A stretch of 64,000 bases of DNA, from the NCBI GenBank assembly GCA_964035545.1, contig OZ037766.1, positions 8,112,722 to 8,176,721 on the forward strand. Direction: 5' to 3'. Position numbers and translations under genes: made by a program. Below the pieces are notes generated by a model that saw nothing but the letters and a program-made list of their open reading frames with translations, did no database searches and had not been told where the DNA came from. Source of the stretch: Bugula neritina. Its lineage: Eukaryota; Animalia; Bryozoa. Position 1 is the stretch's first letter; each line of letters starts with the position of its first letter. Below are positions 55,801 to 64,000 of the stretch, in pieces.

Positions 55801-58800
55801 GATACTTTTTGCACACTTCTGTTGACCTACACGATAGAGTTGTTTAGCTGTGCTGGTCAGACTTAGTAAGTTTGAATTTTTCTAGTGATGCAGAAATTGC
55901 TTGTTGATGGAAGTCTGTAATCAAAATCCTTGCATTCTAATAGAAGTTGTTGAAGATAATGTGTATTTTTTTTTTTTTTGTAACATGCAATGAATACATA
56001 ATATAGATTATTTTTATTACCTAATTCTAAAGAAGTTTTCAAAATTATACCAACTCATAGCTATAGATAATATTATGCCACTTCAAAACTGTACAACTAG
56101 TACATGTATAGAATTAAAGCTATATTTGACTGCACACATATATTGATACAACAAAATGTGAATTTTTTTAGGGATTGCTTCAAGAGGTAAACAAACTGCA
56201 AGAGCAGTTGAAGAAGTTAGAGGAAGAAGTTAGTAGTACAGAACTGCAGGCTAAAGAGAATAGAGCTCGGGCTGAGGAGTCAAGGTTATATAACTACTGT
56301 ATTGTATTATGACAACAGCAATGATACTGTATTGTATATTTTGTTTGTTCTGCTGCTAGCATTGTTCTATATTTATTCCGATTGCTGGAACAAAATGTGA
56401 TGTAATTTTGTTCCAGTAACCGGAACAATACTTAACGATTATTTCAATTTATTTGTGTGTTTTACATAGGAGCCACTTGATGGTAGCGGAGTTTAAGAAA
56501 GAAGCTGTTTTGAAAGAAATTAGCCGTCTCAATGCAGAAGTGGAGCAAGGAAAGAGAATTATTGAAGAGGCCGAGGAGCGAAAAAAGGAAGAAGATGATA
56601 TTCTCAATAGTCTTGGTGTTACTATGCAACAGGTAAAACTTTCCTACTGCCTTTGTAGCAAGCGGTTGCTACTTACACAAAATGCAATCCAAACAGTTTA
56701 TTGGTATACCTAAAATTTCCCTATTCACTGGAAAATACAAATATTGTTTTGAGGCTTATGAAATCCTGATAAGATTTAGTATTGCCCTGACTATAAGTTG
56801 GAAAATATTATTATTATTCATATTTAATAGTTAGTTTTCTGTTATTAAGTCTTTTGCTGCTGTGTATGATTAGTAGAACCGCAACTGGATGAATGATTGC
56901 TACAGATATTCAAGTGTCAAATGGTGAATTTTTATGGCTTGATTTGGGAATTTTATTCTTGCTCTTAATAATAATATTTTTAAATTACATTGTGAAGGCT
57001 GAACATGTAACTATTCTCTTGTTTTATAAATTGTTTTAATAAGAAATAAAATGACTCACTGATTTTATCTGCAATTTTCAGATGCCTTCAATAGTCAAAA
57101 GCAGGGATGAACTACAAGCTGAAGTTGAGAATTTACAGAAAGCTGGAGAGAAAGAAAAAGATGAACGAAGCAAAGAAGTGCAAAGTGTTAAAACCGAGGC
57201 ATCAGTTATGCAAGATCAAATGCAAGAAAAGGTATTCTAGTGCTATAGTTTGTTTCTAGTGATCATCATTAGTAAACATACTAATGAATGTAAAACTATG
57301 CTTTGGCACTCTTTTCCATTTTTTCAGTAAATGGAATAAAAGATAGCAGGTATATTTTTACCAAAACCTTATAGCATATATAAGTCATGATGTCCGGTAA
57401 AAATGGCACAGTAAAAATGGCACGGGTAATAATGTTGCAAATGGAAAAATAGGTGAAATTGGCACATTTTGATATTAGGGTTTGGGTTTGAGATGGGGGT
57501 TTGAGTTGAGGGTTTGAGCAAATTTAACATCTGTGTGCCATATTTACATACTGTTTCATTTGTGCCATTATTACCTGTGCCATGTTTACCTAAAATCACA
57601 AATCATGTAGCAAAATCATAGTTTTTTATCAACATTTCAAAGCTATCATCTTCAATATATTATTATACTTTTTGTTATATAATCTTTGATATATACTCTC
57701 TATTATATACTCTGTGTTATATACTATGTGTTATATACTCTTTATTTATGGAATGAATTTACAGATTGATGAGTTGAGAGACTCTGTGCAGAGGTTGAAC
57801 ACTCACTTAGAGCGAGTTACCATGGAGAAAGATGAGTACAAGAAAGAACGCGATGCTGCTATCTCAAAATGTGAATCACTACAGAGAGACATGACTGCTG
57901 GAGAACAGGCTAAAGCACAAGCCTTAGAGGTAACCACGTTCATAGCTCAATCTTGACTAATTCTACAATTCATATATATACAATGCTTGGAATCTTATTG
58001 TTGTTAATTTTTTCTAACAATTAATCAAAAGTGCATTTGAAGTTATTGTTTTATGTTAATGAAATCTAGAAAATTTTCCATAACTTCTTGGTTTGGATTG
58101 CAAGTGTTGCCAGTAGAACTTATAGCTTCCATATAAGAGTAGCTACAGTTTACATTATGTAGCTTTATGTACAGCTTGTTATCTTTCTTCCTGTAGCAAA
58201 CAATCAAAGGATATGATGACATGAGACGGAGGTTAGAGAAAGAGTCAGCAGAGGTCAATGTTCAGTTGTCCAATGAGCTCAAAGGTTCTAAAAAGCTATT
58301 AGAAATAGAGGAGCAGAAATGCTGTAAACTTCGAGAGGAGATAACTTTACGAGATCAGCTGAACACCTCCTTGAGGTACGAATAAAACACCCTGCATTAC
58401 AAATACAGGTGGAATAGAGCTAGCTCAACCTGCAGTAATCTCATGCAGTGACTTATTTCCCATATGAGTGCAAAAGTTATTGAGCTACTCATTGTTAATA
58501 TCAAGATCTACTTGCATTCATAATGATAGTAACTCATTAATAAATACTTGAAATAAAAATGAAAAGCATACACTGTGTATCATCAAAAACATAAATTTAT
58601 AATTAAGCTAGTGACAGTATATATAAAATCGCAATGAAGCATAATATTAATAATAAATGTAGTCACTATTAAAATGTAATGAGCCAGATATTTATTGCTT
58701 TAATATTCAATATAATATGCTCTGAGAATAATAGCTTTGCTATTTATAGATACATCAGTTGTATCATTGTAGCAGAACCTTATATTATAATATTATTTAT

Positions 58801-61800
58801 CTTAATGTAGGCTAAAATCTATTAATATTTTGCTGTGAGTTACATTTGATATTAAAAACTGGGTCCATTGACAGAGAGCAGCTGCATGACGTGAGACAGA
58901 AGTCTATAGAAGAAGAAGATTCACATGATAAGTTGCTCAAAGAGTTGAAGCAGCAGCTAAGAGAAGCTGAAAGTAACAAACTTGCTGCATGGGATACGTG
59001 TAAGCAACAGGTAACTTAACAGTGTGTATACCTGTAAATTTTATTATGCATTCATAATTTGTGTGTGCATTATTCATAATAACCTTAATGAAGAAAACTG
59101 TTATTCGTACTTGCTAATTGCTATTAGTTGCTTCTTGCCATCTTGGATGCTGTGTTTTAGTTTGAAGTTGAGAAAGACAAATTACTAGAAGCAACACGCG
59201 ATGATCTGCAGAGAGAGCATACGGAAATGTTATCTGCAGTAAAAGAAGAATACTCAAGGCATATCGCTCAGCTACAGCATAACGCTAAGGTTAGGAAAAT
59301 GTTGTAATGAATAAAATGGTGGTTTTCTCAACATTGGCATCTACCATCAAAGTTAAAAATGGGCATACAAATTAGGAAGCTCTGATATTTTGTAAAATAT
59401 ATTTTTTTGTTATACGAGTCTGTGTGGTAATGTTAGAATATTTCTTCAACAGAATAAAGAAAACGAGGCACATTTACTGCGAGACCGTCTCAGTGATCAG
59501 GAACAAGAGCACCGGAAGGCACTGGAGACACTGAAGATTGACATCAGAGAGCAAATAGAGCAGGCGGTGAGGAATGAGAAGAAGATATGGGAGAAAGAGC
59601 AGAAGTATCAAGAGAGTGAGCATCTTAGGCAGTTCAGGTTAGTATAAGCAGCTGAGGTGTTGACAGGGGTAGTTGAGTAAAGTATCAGTATCAGTGACTA
59701 TAGTTATAGGGAGTCATATTGGTAATAGTATACACAGTTATGTAGAGTATTCATCGTAGTGGACTATACGGTTATAGAGTATTATTGGTAATAGTGGTAT
59801 ACACAGTTAAAGAGAGTATTATTGGTAGGTATATAAAGTTATAGATTGTCATATTGGTAGTGGCATATTAATAGTAGTGGTATATACAGATATAGAGTTC
59901 ATGATAGTTATAAGGAATAATATTGTTTAATTAGTAGGAAAAACATTCATCAGGCTCCCAACATCTGCGCTAGTAATTTTATCTCCATTTTGTCTTGATC
60001 AAACTGTATGATGTATCCTGATACACTTATTGAATGCTTTTACACTGAAAGGTGCATTTTCGAATCTCTCATCCTAACACCAAAGGTTAAAGTTTTAATT
60101 TCTATGCCATAAATATATTTTAAAGCAGTAATTGGTTGAGGCAGACACATATATATATTTTATATATATTATATTGTTTGTAGAGAAAAAGAGGAGAATC
60201 AACTAGAACAAGTAAAGTTTCAGCTGGAAGCAGAGAGTAGAAAGAGAGAGCAAGTAGAAGATTTACTCAGCAACCTCAAGTCTGTAAGTATTATAATTGA
60301 CTATTATTATATATTTCAAAGCAATTTATGATATAAACAAACAGAAGTAGTACATTGGTATTATGTTTTTTATTATAAAATAAATTATTTTTGATTTCAA
60401 GCAAGTCTATTATATTTATTTTAAACTGCTGGCAATAGTTTGGCTTATAAATTTTATTTTTATGTTCTTACTAATAGTATGTTATAGTTTAATGTCAAGA
60501 ATAATTCAACTTTTCCTGACATAGGAAATTTTTTCAGTTCACACCAATCAAGTTAAACATCAGATCAGTTGTTATGTTTAGTTAGTGTCCTACTCTGGTA
60601 ATAAGCTTTAGAGATTATAAAGAATATCAAATTTATGACATTTCCTCCCGACATATTGTTTGAATACTGTTGGTAATAAGCTAGCCTATGCATCATGTTA
60701 TTCATTCTTAATACCAAAGATAGTTTCCTGTATACAACGGGCTCAGTGCAATACAATCACTGAAAGTATATTATATGGAGCTAATGTAGTTTACATAATC
60801 AAGTGGTTATCTGTAAGTTGTCATGAAGCCGTTGTCAAGTTGTGAGCTGATAATATTGTTCAAGTGTTGATATCAGCCAGCAATTATTGACAGCAACTAT
60901 TGGCAGCAACTAGCATCCAATTTTATTTATTGCACTCGGAGTTCAGTTGCTGCCACTTGATTATGACTTTTGGTCAAAGAGCTCTGAATGTAAACGGCTT
61001 GCTTCTGGCTGTGAGAAAGGTATCTTATTAGCTATAACAATGTTATAGTAATTATATATTAGGTAAATGTATAGTTACAGTGGAGGCTCAAATTTTTATC
61101 AATTTGTATAATTACTATGTAGTGTGCTTTAAAAGATCTTCTTTTGTATCACTCAAAATACTTGTGACATATTGAATTTCTATGGCATGATGATAGGTTT
61201 GTTAGAAAAACAAATTCTTATGAACTAGTTTATAAATGTAAGGTTAAATAGCATCTTTTGGATATTTTTGTTGTCTTACAGTGTACAACTTATTGATTCT
61301 TATTGTATAAAGCAGTAAGTTGGTTAGAAGCAGTAAGCATGAAGTTTTTATGGTGATAAACATGTGACAGAAGAGCCTTAATATTTCATTTGTTTTTTAA
61401 TCTTGGGCTGAATAATATACTACAACTATAAGCTATAATATGAAAGCATGATTGCTATATGGAAATGAACACTTGAAATATTTATATAGTCTTATATATG
61501 CTCTACTTACTGCATATTAATATAATTTCATGAAATATTTCTGTTGGATAATTTAAAGTCTTCCTTCAATTAAACAGTTTTTACTGAAGAAAAACAGCCA
61601 CTTTAAATTATATATTTTAAATGATAAAAACTTTCATTACCTGAATCATTATTTTACTAACAAATTATGGCGTTTACATTACATTATCATACAACATGAT
61701 CTGCATAAGTCAATAGCCTGCATGCAAATGTAAAACTGGTATTGCGAATGTATTAAACTTAATTTTTGTAATGCGAAATTCTAGTTATTACTTATTGTAT

Positions 61801-63922
61801 TATTATTTTTATATCACTGAAACTTATTTTATAGGAGCTGGAAGACACTAAACAATATAGCCAGAAATTAGATGCGGACAAACAGACAGCTGCTCAAAAG
61901 TTGAAAAATGCTGAAAACAGTCGAGATGATGCCTTGGCGAAGTTGAGGAAGGAGTTGAAGCAGGTAGGTTGAGCTCAGATCCTTGAACTTTAGTAGCAGT
62001 ACAGTTGTGGCACCATAACAGTGATGCATGTCACACACATACATGTTGGTTTATATTCCAGCACTACGATAAGATTATAAGTGCTCTACGAGAAGAGATC
62101 AATGATAAGGATCAAGAGCTAGAGAGACTGAAAGAGGAAAATGCTGCTATACTCCAGTCTGAAGCAGAGACTGCACAAGCCCTGGAGAAGTTTGAAAAGA
62201 TGATCATCCATGAGATTAATGAAGAATGCAAGAAGACAGCTGATTTGCTAGGGGTGCAACCGAGGAAGGCTCAGACAGTTTCGTGAGTTTTATAAAAGTA
62301 TATTTTGTTTCAGGTGTTTTTGCCGAAATTGATGATGTTCTATATTGTAGCAAGATTTACTCAGCTTAGAGATATTATGCGAGCCAGGGAGATAACTTCT
62401 AGTTTAAAGAATGACAAAATATTCTTAGTTATATAATACCTTTTTAAGCAGTTTTGACTTTTTTCATCTTAAAACATATCCTTACATTATACATAAATTC
62501 GAATCAATAATTTTAAGCTTTCGAAAGCAAAGTAGAAAGCCTTCAACATTGATTTATGGCAAACAATAAATTACTCATGTCATGTGGCTCTGGAGTTTGT
62601 AAATTTTTATTTCAATTGGATTTTTTTCTAGGTTTTCAAGGTCTAGCTCACCGAGCAAGATGAAAGCACGCAAAAGATCAACATCACGATCTCTAACTGC
62701 CTCAGCAGTAGCTAATCTGAGAGCATGTAATGAAGAGCTAAGAAATTCGATGGCAGAAGTCAAAAGTGAAGCAGAAGATCTGAGCAACACCATTGAAAAG
62801 TCAGAAAAGATAAAGGTGTGTTTCATGCTAAACTGAACTATATTGTCTCTAGTAAACTTGGAGTACTAACCTCCTTGTTTACCTTAAAAAACCATTTTTT
62901 ATAAAACAACTCCAATCTACTGTATTAAGAAACATGCTTTAACTTTATAAGTATATAATATACTGCATATACTACTCACTTGTGCAATGTATCATAGCTA
63001 AAGCACAAATCTGACACAGGCTGCATGCATTCTTCTTGTAGGAGTTAGAGCTGGATACGTTGAGGAATCGACTAAACAATGAGAAGAGGCAGGAAATCGA
63101 AGATATGAAGACAACTTTAGCTAAAGTAAGCTTCAACTTTATCATACAGTTCTGACAGACCAATAGAAATTGTAATTCTAATGTCAGCAGCTTTATAATG
63201 ATGCAACTACCATATCATTGGCTGATACAACAGTCAGTCTACCTTACAAAACAACTCAGAGAATACCATAAAACCAATTTGTGTCACCAAAAAAAACGGT
63301 TTACTACATACAATGATGCAGTCAGTCATGACTTATTTTTTCATCAGTGGTCAAAGTTCTTTCTAGACATAATGTTACATCTAAGTATACAAAAATAGTT
63401 GTGTAGTCAAATTATTATGTTATGTGATGTCAATGATTATGGCTGTGTTACGTCGTGTAATGTTGGTGTTGAAGCAGGAACAGGCGTATATAATGCTGCT
63501 GAGACAAGCTGGCTCTTCCCAGCTGGATACTCTCACAGAGTTCAGCGAATCTCAGAGTATTAGCTCTGAGCTTGACGACAGTGAGAGAGACTGTAACTGT
63601 GTAAGAAGAGTGTCCCTCACTGTCTCTGCTATTATCATGTTTACTTTCAGCTTCTTGTAGCACATCTACACGTCTGCAGACATCATATGATTCTAGCACC
63701 TTTTCTTTAAATTTCCTTTGTTGTTATTCTTACTTCTATTTCAAAAAAGAATTTTCTAATGAAAATCAAATTCAAAGCTGCATTTGAATTTAAAAGTTTG
63801 ATGATTTCGTTTCAACAAAGTACATTGAAGATGGTTAAAATAGTAAACAAATTTTGATGTTCAAATTACATATATTTACAGATGCCTGTGTGTCGCCGTT
63901 CCTTGACTGAACCAAAAGACCC
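37861..63922 (+). CDS. Large uncharacterised protein with a disordered acidic N-terminus and long coiled-coil C-terminus; 3' end probably beyond the window. Approximate exons 37861-37918, 38011-38106, 38547-39002, 39990-40190, 40699-40794, 41430-41624, 42251-42307, 42671-42751, 45054-45256, 45761-45863, 47643-47867, 52092-52196, 53629-53874, 54561-54696, 54946-55273, 55437-55508, 56172-56284, 56470-56632, 57082-57231, 57765-57929, 58197-58375, 58874-59010, 59161-59289, 59453-59637, 60184-60283, 61834-61963, 62062-62282, 62632-62815, 63042-63125, 63882-63922
   Basis: A chain of AG/GT-bounded open segments with compatible phases. E/K/Q/R-rich heptad sequence from about 55.4 kb onward. I do not recognise the orthologue. 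Linkage of the 37.9-47.9 kb exons to the rest is inferred from phase only. Confidence 0.78.
38765..38882 (+). repeat. Coding minisatellite TCACCTGTTCARCTTGTCAGA, 4 copies plus a partial, encoding SPVQLVR repeats
   Basis: Seen directly; 24-27-nt units preserve the frame. Confidence 0.9.
42560..42642 (+). repeat. Imperfect (GT)n microsatellite just upstream of an acceptor
   Basis: Seen directly. Confidence 0.8.
49523..49670 (+). CDS. Probable alternative first coding exon of the coiled-coil gene (MPRWGQKVKHQGKGFLF...KQSSL)
   Basis: ATG-initiated and ends at a strong AG|GTGAGT phase-1 donor compatible with exon 52092. Preceded by a GC-richer, UTR-like region. Confidence 0.6.
57395..57590. mobile_element. 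Foldback/MITE-like element with repetitive arms and a telomere-like core
   Basis: The left arm of GGTAAAAATGGCAC units is mirrored by TGTGCCAT...TTACC units on the right. The centre reads TTAGGGTTTGGGTTTGAGATGGGGGTTTGAG. Confidence 0.75.
59695..59925 (+). repeat. Degenerate intronic minisatellite, about 32-36-bp unit (AGTTATAGAGTATTATTGGTAATAGTGGTATAC), about 6 copies
   Basis: Recurrent CAGTTATAGAG and ATTGGTAATAGT blocks. Confidence 0.75.
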
Positions 63923-64000
63923 GTAAGCAGTTCTGTCTAACGATTAACACTGTATATCTGCTTGTGCCAAGTTGCATGCACCTTTCATTTGTCTAGTAGA

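Noticed and set aside
59695-59925. CRISPR-like periodicity
   Set aside because: Degenerate tandem units without unique spacers, in a eukaryotic intron with no cas genes.

Overview
AT-rich, intron-containing eukaryotic (probably invertebrate animal) genomic DNA, read by eye with no database search. Eight spliced genes were reconstructed from GT-AG junctions and protein motifs: AAGAB (+, 5' end outside window), TIPIN (-), PHF13/PHF23-like (+), METTL1 (-), TAF11 (+), an uncharacterised 171-aa protein (-), a bacterial-type single-domain rhodanese (-), and a very long multi-exon coiled-coil gene (+, about 37.9 kb to the window end). Six of these genes form three head-to-head pairs whose short promoters are each flanked by degenerate 3/6-nt simple-repeat tracts. 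A young, full-length Ty3/Gypsy (Mag-like) LTR retrotransposon lies at 6064-10564, probably in TIPIN intron 1. It has identical 232-bp LTRs, an ATACT TSD, an elongator-tRNA-Met-type PBS and a single 1-nt frameshift. Also present are a PIF/Harbinger MITE, other inverted-repeat elements, a decayed tRNA-SINE and retroelement relics. No clearly new biological system can be established from sequence alone; the best leads are the promoter-flank repeat architecture, the rhodanese and the orphan protein.
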